Source of the DNA: Amoebidium appalachense
Lineage: Eukaryota > Protista > Ichthyosporea
DNA: 64,000 nt
Assembly (NCBI GenBank): GCA_963693365.1
Contig: CAVNZM010000016.1
Span: 5,386,543 to 5,450,542, forward strand
Reading direction: 5' to 3'
Both the position numbers and the translations under genes were made by a program. Shown one piece after another: positions 1-41,618 of the stretch. The notes beneath the pieces were generated by a model that worked only from the letters and a program-made list of their open reading frames with translations, did no database searches and was not told the origin of the DNA. Each line of letters opens with the position of its first letter. The first letter of the stretch is position 1.

Positions 1-260
1 AGTCATGCTCTTTAAGGTGTACACGAGTGTCCCCCCCCCCCCCCCCCCCCCCCGCCTCTTCCCCTTGCCCCTCCCTCCCCGGGACACCTCTCGGTCCCTC
101 ACTGTACCATAGTAATCCACGACACATCTCCCACATCCCCCCCCCCCCCCCCCCCCCCCCCCCAAAACACCCACCCACCCACCAACCCAAACAAATCATC
201 ACCATAAGCAACATCAATAAATCCATAAAAAGAACTAAAATGAATTAAAACTTAACGTAC

Positions 261-29154
<28,894 letters not shown>

Positions 29155-29634
29155 GTTTGCGTTGGTCACGCCCTTCTCACCTCTCACAAACCCTCCTTTG
29201 CCCTTTTCCAGCTGTCTCTAGCCTTTTCTTTCCCCACACGCACTAACATTTGTACTCTTCTTAGTCCCTATCCCCTTTCTAGCTGCTTCTAGTCTTTTAT
29301 TTTCTTTAACACACTTATAATAGCGCTCTTTTCATAAACCAGGTTGTAACAAAAAAAAGAAGAAAGAGGCTCAGTTTTTTTAAAGAGTAATCGAGTGAGC
29401 GGCTGTGAGCCGTTACCGGCAAAACATGATTTTTTTTTCGGATTACGTAAGCTGCCATAAGCCCGAAGAGACGAACACTGATAAGAAATTTTGCACCGTC
29501 ACACGTGACTACTAGAGTGAAGGACTACATAAACACGAACCCTTTCATTGTTTTTCTCAGTTCAGCATCTGCAAAACCCTGCAACAGGCAGCACAAGAAA
29601 CACCAGCGACAGCCATGGGGACGACGTCAAGAAC

Positions 29635-30772
29635 ATGAGCCGTCATCCAATTGCGCATCACGTTGATATACGTACCGGGTACGTGTTGTGGTGCCCTCTC
29701 CCCTTTTCCTGCCTGCTGTGAATGTGTTCAAACAACACGCATTTCTTTGTTTTTTCACCCGCATGCACGTGTCTGTGTCCCTCTACGCCCAGTCCGCACA
29801 CTGTATCTTTTCCTGTTGTCCCCGTCAGTGGTCCCATCCCACTGGCCTGTGGTCTTGTGGTGTGGTATGGGGCGAAGAGCGTCCCCGTGCACGACCCATC
29901 TCTACCTGTGCTTACCTCCCCCCCCCCCCCCCCCTCCTCCGTTCGGATACCTTCCCCCTTTCCCTCCCCATCCCCCGGTCACTCTGGCCTGCCTCTGTTC
30001 ACTTCGTTACTTTAATCTCCTTGTGTTTTGGCTGTGTGTTTGCTCCCTTTTCCCCCGCCACCCCGAACCCCCACAGCTTGGTACCGTACAGTAGTGTCCG
30101 GCACCAGTGCGAGGTATCCATCTTCCGCATGCCTGCGCGTCATGTTCGTCTTCTTTCCCCCAGGGGTACCAAGTCTTGTTGGGTGGTGAATGGTGATTGT
30201 GTTCGTGGGTCCACTAACACGCACGATTTTTACAGGTTAAAAACGGCAGTGGGTGCCATTGCCAGTGGGGGGAAGCGCAACTCCAGCTACGGTTTCTTTC
30301 TTTTTTGAATGAATATGGTCGGCATGATGTTTTTATATATTTCTTGTATATGTATATAATGTATTTATGCTCAGCAACCCATGGCAGTTCAGTGGTAACT
30401 GGTGTAAGTAGTAGGAAGGAAAAAGGACACGTCCCTGTGTCCTTTTAGTATTAGTTAGATGTCAGGTTAGGCGAACATCACAACCCCTTTGTAGGTGCTT
30501 GTGATTATGCTAGCCCGTACGTGCTTTGTTTCGTCACAATGCTGATATCAATAAACGTTCCGATCACCAGCCCATGCAGGGATGGAACGGTTCGGTGGCG
30601 CCCTCCCCCATTCCCGAATATGTATTTAGGATGCTCTTGTGCAGCAATCGTTCCTCTGAGTCGCATTCCTTCAAGTCTCGCACCACCCCGGGCCCAATCC
30701 ACAGTAGTATTTATTGTCTGTGTGTGTGTGTGGGTGTGCGGGGGGGGGGGGGGGGGGGGGGGGATGAGGTAG
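29635..30772 (+). CDS. Hypothetical small multi-exon gene divergent from CC2D1
   Basis: Five successive GT-AG introns keep one frame: MSRHPIAHHVDIRTG-LVPYSSVRHQCE-GYQVLLGGEW-LKTAVGAIASGGKRNSSY-GACDYASP-DGTVRWRPPPFPN. No recognised homology; both ends uncertain. Confidence 0.3.
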
Positions 30773-30924
30773 AGGCCGAGAAAAAAAAGACAATTGAGAG
30801 TGAACCACACACCGACCAGAAAGGGTGGGGGTGGGGGGGGGGATGGGGTGGGGGCGCCCATGTTTTCCCAATGTGATACTAAGCTTTTCCACCCTCTTTA
30901 TCTAAATTAGGGTCCTTGTATATT

Positions 30925-33565
30925 GGGGCAAACCTGCAAATCTTGAGAGCCCTGTAAATCGTGAGAAACTTATGATCCCATACTTGGTTATTTTCTTTCT
31001 TTGTGCGTTTTTTCTCATTGGTTTTGTTTGAATATGGGCGGGGAAATGGGTGGGGCGGTCACTGGCACTCAGGCCTGCAACGGCAAAAAAAAACGGCGCT
31101 TCTCCGATACCCAGAACGTGAAATGTGAGCTCTCATGAGCTGCTGGCCAAAACCCTTCGGACATGTTTTCTACATAATAAACGGGCACAAACCACTTTCT
31201 TTTCAACTAAATAAGTGTTTCTGAGTAGTTTTTGCCTTTGTTTGGGTGTAATTGTGTAGGGGTAGGTAGCTGGTGTGAGCGCGTGATGCTCGGGGTAGCA
31301 TTGGCCTTCATTACTGACCACAACACTAGCATAGTACAGCACTGTTGTAACTGCGTGTCAGAAAATGGCAAAGGCTCCCAAAAAAAACAAGCATATGCCT
31401 AAGCTTCGCAAAAAAGGGCCCACTCGCAGTGCACCTAGTGTAATAAAGCAGGGTTACAAGTACGGGCCCAAGTATAATCCCATGTTCATGGAACAGGCAA
31501 CTAGACAGCTAAAGAAGAGAAGCTCAGTCAAGCAACGGGTTGCCGAAGTAGCTGCAACCACTGGCATTTCCGTTGCAACCCTATGCAGACACAAAAAAGA
31601 CCCTGAGTATGGAAACAAGAAACCGGGCCCTAAGCCCATTCTAACACTGAGATGAGGAGATTGGCCTTGCTAGTGGGCTGGTGTTCCTGGCTGGGAGGGG
31701 GTTGGGGGTTTCTCGTGCTGAAGTTCTCAGGTCTGCACGGGACATTGCTGAGCGTAACGGCGAACGCCGTGCGAAACAGCACGGTTATAATTACAACCTC
31801 AATTTCCGCAAACCAAACGAACTTTCGAAAGCGCGCGTTTCCGCTCTCACGGAGGAGAAGATGAATTCGTGGTTTGATATGGTGGAGGAACTGGTGGAAG
31901 AAAAGCAGATAAACGTGGAGAAGAATCTGTTCAATGACGACGAGAAACAACTGCGCATAACCAACGTGCGTGCGGGTCAGAAACTTCTCACGGTCACAGA
32001 CATGAAAAACATACAAAGTCGGCTATGGGTTTGCGGAGCAAGACTGGCACCTATCCATCATTCCTACTATTGTTGCGTCCGGTGACGCCCTCCCACCCAC
32101 CATTGTAGTGCCCTCGAGTCTCATGTCAGAGGAAATGGAAACGGCCGTTAAGTATATCCACCCAGACGCGTTGCTAGCCTACTCTGATGACGGTTGGAGC
32201 ACCAGCACAATATACCTCGAGCACACCCGGCGACACCCGAATTGGAGGCAGAAGTCTTTGCCCTCAAAACAGCAAGACAGCGGTTCGGTACAGTGCACAC
32301 CATTCGTCCCGAGCAGGCAGGCCCCCTCCCCACCCAACCCCCCGCGCAAACAGCCGACCCCACCAGCACGCCCCAGCAAACACCACCACACGGTCGAGCA
32401 CCACTCGCAGAACGCAACCCAAACAGCAACGCCACGATAGTGCGAAAACGGAAAAAGCAACAGGGGTGCATGATCGGAACAAGCGAGCAGCACTTGGACG
32501 GCAGAAGGGAGAAGGAACGTGTTGTGGCGGAGGAGAAGCAGAAGAAGGAGGAACGGGCAAAGGCAGCGGAGGGAAGAAAGAAGCAAAAGGCCTTAGTGGC
32601 ACTGGTTATCGGTCCCTGCCAAGCAAACAAGCAGTCGGGGGAACTTTGTGGCCTCAAAGCCATGCCAAGCCACGAACACGGAGGGGTGCGACTGTGCAAG
32701 CGGCACCTAAAGACACGGAACAAGGGGTTGGAGAACACAAGCGCCGCAGCGAAACCGAACAACACCACCAATGATGCGGAGCAGGATGTTAGCGAAAGCG
32801 AGTACGCACAGGAGGGCGAGGGGAACAGAGCACAAAGGAGGAGTGGGAGGAGAGATACAGGGGGAGGAGCGAGTGGGAAGATGTAGGGGAAGAAGGTGAA
32901 GGAAGTGGGAGTGACACGGAGGATGATGTGATGCCCACGAGCGACTATGGGGCTGCCGTCTGATTGTTTAAAAATAAAGAGTTCCTTTTGACGCAGAACA
33001 GCTTCATATTCCGCAGTTGTGACGTTTGCGTAGTATATGTGTGCTGTATCCTCCCAGATGGTAAGCAGGACTTCCAAGTGAGGATAGTGCTTGATTTTCA
33101 GTAACTGCGCATCATCCTTGTACTCTATGTCAACCATGTCGCTTGTGTCAAGCCGGGGCACAAGAATAATGTCGGCAAATGCCATTTTACTTGTCCTTGT
33201 GTATGTTTGGCCTCGAAGCCTCGGAGTTTTAGTGACCGTAAAAAGAGCTAGGAGAAAGTGGGAGAATAGATAGTGTGGGCACTTCGACGGGACCTTGTTT
33301 TGTTTTGCGGCGACAAGTGATAGATCGATCATCCGACAGTCAAGAGCCTATCATGATCTACAGGGTTCTCTAATTGATTTGAAGGTATGGTCGACAAATC
33401 AACTGCCTGAACTAAACTGCTGTCGCTTTGTTGTTTTAAGTACCAGTTCCTAGTAGAGGACTTAAAATTGTATTATAAAGGTTTTTTCCGCTTTTAAAAA
33501 TAATCATCCCTTCACAAGATATACGAGTTTCTGGGAAAAGTTCTCACGATTTGCAGGTTTACCCC
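30925..33565 (+). mobile_element. Decayed pogo/Fot1-like (Tc1-mariner superfamily) DNA transposon, about 2.6 kb
   Basis: TIRs ggggcaaacctgcaaatcttgaga (30925) and reverse complement ggggtaaacctgcaaatcgtgaga (ending 33565); subterminal repeats; internal transposase fragments. Target-site duplication not resolved. Confidence 0.8.
31365..32963 (+). pseudogene. Frameshifted, internally deleted HTH(psq/CENP-B-like) + DDE_1 transposase
   Basis: HTH 'VAEVAATTGISVATLCRH..PGPKPILT', 'RKPNELSKAR..MNSWFD', first catalytic motif 'NLFNDDEKQL', 'VASGDALPPTIV', 'YSDDGWST'. At least three frameshifts; the second half of the catalytic domain appears to be missing. Confidence 0.8.
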
Positions 33566-33785
33566 TTTTAAGGTGACCTGTTCGGTCGAGATTTCAGGGG
33601 GGGAGAAAAGGGGAGGGGGGGCTGCTCAAATTTGCCAAGTTTTCAAAAGAAAAAAATCTTTTTTGCCCCAATTGCAAATGTGTTAATGGCATGCCCTTCT
33701 TGCATCCATTTCATATTCTTAATCACTTCGTCTCATGGTATATCTCGCAAATGTAATATCTCAGCCAAGAAGCTGGGGAGAGTTC

Positions 33786-34007
33786 GGCCACAGGGGGGGT
33801 CTATTGGTGATTACCTCAGCATGTTAGGGGCATGTTAGGCCACAGGGGGTCTAACTATAAGTGTATTCAACAGTGTATCTATTGTATCAGATGCATATTA
33901 CAGCCCTGGTTGCAAGGGCATATTAACCCACAAGGGGGGGTCTATGGTTGATTCTCTGCATTACCTTAACACAGACGCAGGGGCAAATTAGGCCACAGGG
34001 GGGTCTA
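33786..34007. repeat. Four dispersed copies of GGCCACA-G(5-7)-TCTA, one coding and three downstream of the Gemin8 stop
   Basis: Copies start at about 33786, 33838, 33927 (degenerate) and 33991. Confidence 0.75.
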
Positions 34008-34366
34008 TGAGTATCCGCATATGTATCATAGTCCAGATCCAGCGTGCCCTCCAGCTGGCTCACCAGCCTAGCCCCCTCCTCTCCATACAACTCCCTCTGC
34101 CGCGAACGTCGCAGGTCAATGGCTGCTTGTGGTTTTGGCTGCGACGCCAACTCCCTGGCTGTGTAATGTGCCAATTATTATGTAATTAGTATAATGGTGA
34201 GATCAGCGACCCCCTTCCCCCCTCCCTTCCCTCCCTCCCCTCCCCCCCCCCCCCCCCCCCACCACCACCACCACCCACCCACCCACCCACCCACACACAC
34301 CCCTCCCCCTTCCCCACACACCCTACCCGGTCCCATCCCACCCCAAGCCGAATCCCCCCCCCCCCC

Positions 34367-34429
<63 letters not shown>

Positions 34430-34755
34430 ACCACCACCAGCAGCGGCAGCACCACCCAAAGTTTAAAAAAAGAAAAGAAAGAAAGAAAAAAGGCAATGTC
34501 AATGAAAAAACCACGAACGTCACATCGAGGGCATACAGATAAACACCTCGCCTTCAGAGTCATTCTTCCTCCCAAAGCTTCCCAGTCGTTTCCTTTTACC
34601 ACCCCCCCCCCCCCCCTCCCCCCCTTCTAGCCCCGCTTCAAATGTCGGCATACTTAACCAAAACATTTCAATTAAATAGTCAGCAAGCGCAAGAGGTGGG
34701 ACAGAATGGTGCATACCTGCTTCCTCCTTTGCAAGCCTGGCATCCTCCTCCTCTG

Positions 34756-34852
<97 letters not shown>

Positions 34853-34867
34853 CATACATGCGTGTGG

Positions 34868-34915
<48 letters not shown>

Positions 34916-34917
34916 GC

Positions 34918-34952
<35 letters not shown>

Positions 34953-35206
34953 CATACATGCGTGTGGGTCTGTGTGTGTGTGTGTGTTGGGAGGAGGGGG
35001 GAAGGGGGGGGGGGGGAGGGGGGGGTTAGCATGTCGTGCGCACTGTAAACTTCAAACTACAACATAAGAACAAGGCCTAGGAGAAGGGGGAGGGGCTGGG
35101 AAAGGGGGGGGGGGGGGGGGGGGGGGATCCGATCATAACCCCTCGGCAGAAAATGATATAGCAAATAGCCCACCCACCCCCCCCATCCCCCCCCCCCCCC
35201 CCCCCC

Positions 35207-35277
<71 letters not shown>

Positions 35278-35353
35278 AAAGGGACCCTCCTCTCTACTCC
35301 CATTCCTAAAAATCCCCCCCCCCCCCCCCCCAAAAAAAAAAAAAAAAAAAGCC

Positions 35354-35409
<56 letters not shown>

Positions 35410-35465
35410 GGGGGGGGGGGGGGGGGGTGGAGCCAACTTAACGTAACCCCACTTCACGCCCGCCC

Positions 35466-35499
<34 letters not shown>

Positions 35500-35895
35500 C
35501 TCTTCTCTTCCCCCACACACAACCCCATTCCGTCCCCTCCTTCCCACCTCCCAGTTTTGCCCTTCATCCGTCATACAGAATTGCACACAACACTCTGTAA
35601 GAACACTACTTCTTTGTTGCCTTTTTTGGCCATCACTTTCCCGCATAGCAGCTCTTTCAAGCACATGTACATGTGCTCGACCACACACATATGATGTCAA
35701 CCAAAAAAAACTTTAAAAAACAATTACACAGCCGCCAACACACACACACACGAGCGCGCACGCGCGCGCGCGCACGCAAACGTTCAAACGTAAACACACA
35801 CACACACACAAGCACACACACCGTACATACACACACTCACACACACACCGTACATACACACACACACACACGCACACACACACACACACCTACCA

Positions 35896-35926
<31 letters not shown>

Positions 35927-36709
35927 AAAATAAATAAAAAATGAAAAGAAAACACGTACACACACGTGCACATGCACCTACTCTTTCGTTTTCTTGCCGA
36001 CGAATTCCTCAAAAACTCAACCATCTCCGGTGTAAGCTCCATCTTCAAATCATCCTGCGCTCTTTTCTCGTTTTCTTTTTCTCTCCCTACCCTGCCTGCC
36101 GTCGTTTCACTCTGACTTGTCTTGAGATTATGGCTCGTGGTTCTTCGGTATATTTCCTTTCCCGCTGCTTGATCACTTGTTTTCCCTTCGTAATATTCTT
36201 GTGATATTGTTGTGTTTGGATTTTGGTGAGACGAGTGTTCCCCCTGAGATTGTGGTTTGAAATTCGCGTTCGTTGAGTGAAATTCCGGTGAATTTTGAGT
36301 TGGTGGGGTTTGTCTTGTTGATTCATTGACCGGGTAGCTGGGTGTTTGGTAGTTGCCGAATTGACTGGGGTGGTAGTAGGGGTGGTAGGGGTTTCCTGTA
36401 GCACAGCCAGATCAGTTATGTTTCCGCTTGCTAACTCCTTATGTAAACATTGATAGGTTTAGTATGCAGCCAAAGAAGATTTCTCCTGTTTACTAAGTGA
36501 CTCTGGCAGATACCCTCCCCCCCCACCCTTTTCTCTCTCCCACCCGAAGAAAAACGAAAAAAGAAAGAGAGAAGAACAAGAAGGCGTGCGCACACACACA
36601 CGGGTATAGACACACACAATATGCGCCATCAAACAAACCCGCCCACCGCCCCTCTCCCTGCACGTGCGTACGTAACAAAAAAACCGGGGGAAGGAGGATG
36701 GGGTTTTGT

Positions 36710-36757
<48 letters not shown>

Positions 36758-36903
36758 GAGGTAGCAGAACGTGTTGCATAAAAGAGAGGCAATGCTCGTC
36801 CTATACTTCTAAAAAATTGGGGGAAAAAAAAAAAAAAAAGCTGACAAAGCGGAGCATGTAAATGATGGTGGTTGTGATCGTGGTGGTGGTGGTGGTGGTG
36901 GTG

Positions 36904-36947
<44 letters not shown>

Positions 36948-37113
36948 CGGAAGAGATGGGCGGGGGGGGGGGGGGGGGGGGGGGGGTATCGATAAGTGCG
37001 GCAGAGGAGTGAGGAGGGAGGGGGGAGGGGATGGGGGGTTGCCATACCGTAATTCTGGTAGTAAGACGCATATTGGTCACCATAATATCCATTGTAAGGC
37101 CACTGTGTGTGTA

Positions 37114-37184
<71 letters not shown>

Positions 37185-37449
37185 GTGTGTGTGTGCGCGC
37201 GCGCTCGCGCGTGTGTGTGTGCGTGCGTGTGTGCATGTGCGTGTGCGTGTATGTGTGTGTGTGTGTATGTATGGTGTGTCTGGTTGAGTTAAGATTGTGT
37301 GTGTGTGTGTGTGCACGTGTGCTTATGCGTCCATGTGCCTGTCGTTTTTGTGTTAAGCATGTGCCTGCGCATGTGTGTCTGTGCCCGTGTGTGCCCGTGT
37401 GTGCCTTGTGTCAATTTGTGTGATTTTTTGCTGTCGTTTTTGTGTGTAT

Positions 37450-37484
<35 letters not shown>

Positions 37485-37665
37485 ATGCGTTAGAGGGTTG
37501 GAAATATGGAGGAGACAACAAAGAGCAACAACAAAACGTCACAAACGTGGGAAATCCAACATCAAACAATTAAGCGTGCAGGCAGAAGACACTTGAACAG
37601 AGCCCATCATAAGGGGGGTTCCTATGCCTCCACAAAAGCATGGGTTTCGACTCTTTGGGGTGGGT

Positions 37666-37705
<40 letters not shown>

Positions 37706-38030
37706 ACAATGGTAAGCCAGATTAACAGAGTGGGTGCTGGAGACTAGTGGTTCAAACAAGCATGCGCTGTGCATGTTAAGGGAGCTAACAATACATGTGT
37801 GCCTCAAAACTTCTATACCCACTTCTCTGCATCGACTTGCAGTTACTCCTTTATATACTCCGTTACAACTTTCATCCTGGGGAGGGTTGTGTGGGAAGGT
37901 GATGGTGTGTGTGTGTGGGGGGGTGGGGGGGTGGGGGGTGCTACTTGGGCTACTTTGTGGTGGCAGTTGTGGAAGCCGTGGCCATAAACCTATTCTTGCC
38001 ATCGAAAACGGGAAAGAGTAAAGGTGGGAA

Positions 38031-38072
<42 letters not shown>

Positions 38073-38689
38073 AGGAACAATATACCTGGTAAAAGGAGCT
38101 GGGCATGCCGTAGGACGGGAACTGATGAGTTCCACAATTCTGTGAAAAGGCACATCAGTATTCCCTTTGGCTTGGGGGCGGGCTCCTCTAAAGCCACGTC
38201 CATTCCTCTCTCCCCCTCCCCCCCCCCCCCTCCCCCCTTCTCTGTCTCTCTCTCCCTCTCCCTACCCCCCTCCCTCCCCTCCTCCCTACACCCCCCCTTC
38301 CCCTCCCCCCGAGTGACTAAGAGGGGACTGGCCGTGTGTGCATAGTGCATGAACACACACGCGACTGCATGGTTCACTTAGCAAGCCAGAAAATGCACAA
38401 CGTGCTGAAAAGTAGAGGACGTGGGGTTATGAGAAGTGGAAGATGCTTCGGGATAGGGAAAGGAAAAAAGGCCGGAAGGAAGGGTGTATCTGTGCATGGT
38501 ACCAGTGCTGGTGGTGGGGTAGAAAAGGAGGTGAGGAGGCGACGAGGGCGGGAGGGAGATGAGGGGGGAAGAAGGGCAGGCAGGGGGGGTGAGAAGGGGG
38601 GAGAGGGGGGGGGGGGGGGGGGGGGGGGAGGAGGGGGGAGGAAGAATACGTTTTGACAGGTTAAGTAATATACCGCCTTTAGTAGACAT
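33966..38689 (-). CDS. GEMIN8: Gemin8 (SMN complex subunit) homolog; 5' exons uncertain
   Basis: Exons '[18 protein letters not shown]' (about 37102-37047), '[24 protein letters not shown]' (about 36397-35982), '[12 protein letters not shown]', 'KRKRLG..SEGEVFI' and last exon '[38 protein letters not shown][L]WPNLPLRLC*', matching the Gemin8 'LYG..A..I..ME..L.L.FD...D...P..WP..PL' signature. One extra C is needed in the run at 33998-34003. Start codon at 38689 is a guess. Confidence 0.8.
37484..37656 (-). mobile_element. Poly-C-inserted short element, subfamily C, 5'-truncated
   Basis: TATGCGTTAGAGGGTTGGAAATATGG...CAGAGCCCATCAT...GTTTCGACTCT; second copy at 41714-41843; G-runs on both sides. 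Confidence 0.75.
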
Positions 38690-39167
38690 AAGTTGTGTGA
38701 TGCAGACTACTGGTGCGCGCATTATCAACGTGAAGCCATTTAGCTTAGTGGCGAGCCCCTCATTATTCCTCCAAGAAGAACACATGTAAACTCATGGGTT
38801 ACCCACCGTGAAAGGAGGCTGCAGCTTTTTGCAGTTTGTGCACCTTGGTAGTTTCCTTATGCCGTCGTAGCCTGCCATGTTTGGTGGTGATGCACGTGTG
38901 AAAACTGAAGCAGAAGCTTGACAAAAAGTGAGAAGTAGACCGGACGTTTCGGAGTCTGAAAAGGTCTACAGTTGTAGATGATTGTTGCTCGACGCAGCTA
39001 AATAGTTGTTATGTAGTTGAAGTTTGTTTACGCAAGTTCAGCCTTGCTCATTTTTGCTCGCCCGTCTGTCGTTACTGCAACATATGCATGCCGACACCCA
39101 CTGTACCGTACACCCGAGTTGAAGTGAGCAAAAAGCAGCAAGGAAGGAAGAAAAGGGGGGATGAAAG

Positions 39168-39175
39168 AAAAAAAA
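39168..39175 (-). terminator. Pol III oligo-T terminator of tRNA-Val
   Basis: T8 on the minus strand 7 nt downstream of the tRNA 3' end. Confidence 0.7.
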
Positions 39176-39182
39176 GGATATC

Positions 39183-39256
39183 TGGCCTCACCCAGGATCG
39201 AACTGGGGACCGCCTGTGTGTTAGACAGGCGTGATAACCGACTACACCATGAGACC
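39183..39256 (-). tRNA. tRNA-Val (anticodon AAC)
   Basis: GGTCTCA-TG-GTGTAGTCGGTTATCAC-G-CCTGT-CTAACAC-ACAGG-CGGTC-CCCAG-TTCGATC-CTGGG-TGAGGCC-A: full cloverleaf, A and B boxes, no intron. Confidence 0.97.
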
Positions 39257-39803
39257 AGTTGGAAAGTGATTCTTCAACAAACACTTTCAATAACGTATCA
39301 CTTACGGAGTTCTTGTTCTCTAATGCCCAAGGTACACGTTACTCCTAAGAAAATCACCGTGACACCGTAAGGCTCCTTTTCTTCACGGTTCCGCCGGACC
39401 TCGTGTTTTGCCTGACGGCTGGCCCCACTAATCGCCAATGCCACGTTCAGGTTATGTTCAGTGTTGTTCCCCGCAGCAGACCGAGTAAAATACAGTACAC
39501 GACACAGGCAGGCTCGTACTACGATACGTACAGACAGATGTCAGACACACTCGGACACACGTTATATTATGTTTTCCCTTAAGTCTCTCTATTCCCCAAA
39601 AACGCGTGCTTAAGCCATGAGCGATCCCTGCACACTGCTGTCACTGAAACAGTGTTTAGTTGCCGTCTAGCTAGCTCATCGATCAGGTTGAGTACTCAAC
39701 CAAATCTCAGGACATCTGAGGATCTGCACCCAGCTTGGAAAAACGCATTGCTATTTTCACACTCCCAGTAGATTTTTGCCACTCAGTAACAGTAGGCAGA
39801 ACC

Positions 39804-40589
39804 ATGTTTGTAAGATTTTTGTGTGGGAGGCCGTTGGCCTTTGCATTTGCTTTTTGCATCCTCCATGCCTTGAGATTCACTCCCCATCATCATGCCGCAA
39901 TGGCACAACAATCTACCCTCGGGCCCTTTTCCACAACCACTACTGCTGCAGTCAACATCTCCCAGCTGTACGCCTTCGTCAACCAAACCTCCATGCCCCT
40001 CTCCTTTACCAACGCACGCACCCGCCAATTCTACTCCCTCCTTGGTGAAGACCGTTTTGGGCGAGTTTCTTTCTTCCCTCCCGCCGGTAGCAGTGCATCA
40101 AACCCAAACTCCCTACTAGGAGATTGCAACATCACGCCTGTGTTTTTCCAAGTGCCCATCTACGCCAGACCTGGGAGTGCATCCGGAATCGAGCCCGATG
40201 AGCCCAACCCCGCCCCCCGCGTCATTCTTCGCGAAGTTAACGCAACTACAAACACCACAGTCAACCGATGTCTAACCGAAACCATGTTCGAGTTCACGGC
40301 CCAGTACTACGTCTCAATGCTACCATGCATCACCAACAACGCAACATCACAAGGCGCCGTCCGTGCTGGTCAAGCGTGGTTTCTCGTTTCCAAATATTAC
40401 CGTGGTTCTCCGAATGCCGGTCCTTTTTCCCTTGCAAATCGGCTCGTCAATGTGCGCACGAAACGGTGTTTGGCGGTGGGTGAAGATGGGAGGAGTGTGC
40501 GCACAGTGCGCCTTTCCGAATGTTTTTCTACTGTGGAGCAGGCCGCAACACCTGGGGTGGAGGTTGTGGTAATCCCTGCCACGGATTGA
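39804..40589 (+). CDS. Intronless secreted protein, ricin-B/beta-trefoil lectin-like (261 aa)
   Basis: Complex-sequence ORF with a hydrophobic N-terminus (LAFAFAFCILHAL), several N-x-S/T sites and trefoil-like motifs 'NRCLT..VSMLPC..GQAWF' and 'RLVNVRTKRCLAV..VRLSEC'. The fold call is by eye. Confidence 0.65.
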   Translation: MFVRFLCGRPLAFAFAFCILHALRFTPHHHAAMAQQSTLGPFSTTTTAAVNISQLYAFVNQTSMPLSFTNARTRQFYSLLGEDRFGRVSFFPPAGSSASNPNSLLGDCNITPVFFQVPIYARPGSASGIEPDEPNPAPRVILREVNATTNTTVNRCLTETMFEFTAQYYVSMLPCITNNATSQGAVRAGQAWFLVSKYYRGSPNAGPFSLANRLVNVRTKRCLAVGEDGRSVRTVRLSECFSTVEQAATPGVEVVVIPATD

Positions 40590-41194
40590 TGGAGTGTATG
40601 CGCATGTAATACTATGTGGAATACTAAAGAAAAGAAACGAAAAAAAAGAGGGGGGGGGGATGAAGGTGCACACGTGTGAAAATGCATGGCACACAGACAG
40701 ACAGGTGTATACTAGGTTGTGTGAGTGCAAACCAATTATTATTATTATTATTATTATTTGTACGTACATACAGCTCCAGGCTGGCATAGTTTTCGTGGTA
40801 TTCTTCATTTCATTTTCACGTGATTGTGTACAGTAGACTTTAGTTTCACCGTGATGCTATCAATCGCTCTCATTCACGCAATTTTCGAGCATCAAATGTT
40901 CTCAAAGTTCTTTCTTTCACCACACCAGGTCCTTCATTCGTATACAATCAATAAAATACGCCCTTCCATTATCCATGGCCTTGGTTTGAATGTACACAAC
41001 CTTCGCCCATTGGGGGGGGGGAGGAAAAGAAGAAGAAAAAAAAGGGGGGGAAACCCAATCCCATGAATACAAATTGACTCCTTTGCCAGTTAACCCCTCT
41101 GAATCTGATTCTGTTACCACATGTTCGTCAAACTTAGATTAGTAACACAATATTCTCATGGGTACTACCCGGAATGTTTACGTCCAAAAATACG

Positions 41195-41370
41195 TCAATA
41201 TTCCAGCCACTCCTTCATGTACACGCACGTCGTGGGGGAGATGGGGTTGCCATCGTAGCATAGCTCAAACACCTGCGTGTGAGGGGGGTGTGCATGTGAG
41301 TGTTGTATTCACACGTGTGTGTGATTGTGTGGGGCATGTTCTCCTTATACATCCTCTTTTACCGCTCTAA

Positions 41371-41439
<69 letters not shown>

Positions 41440-41544
41440 CCCGCGCATGCGTGTGTCCGTGTGCGCGTGTGCTGTTTTGTTTTTTTGTTTTTTGTTTTTT
41501 TTCCTATTTTTTTCTTTTCTTCTTGTCGTTTTCTTTTCTTTTTG

Positions 41545-41579
<35 letters not shown>

Positions 41580-41582
41580 GTT

Positions 41583-41618
<36 letters not shown>

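Noticed and set aside
39183-39256. tRNA-Val as the head of a SINE or the source of the repeated elements
   Set aside because: It is an intact cloverleaf with an immediate T8 terminator and shows no similarity to the poly-C elements.
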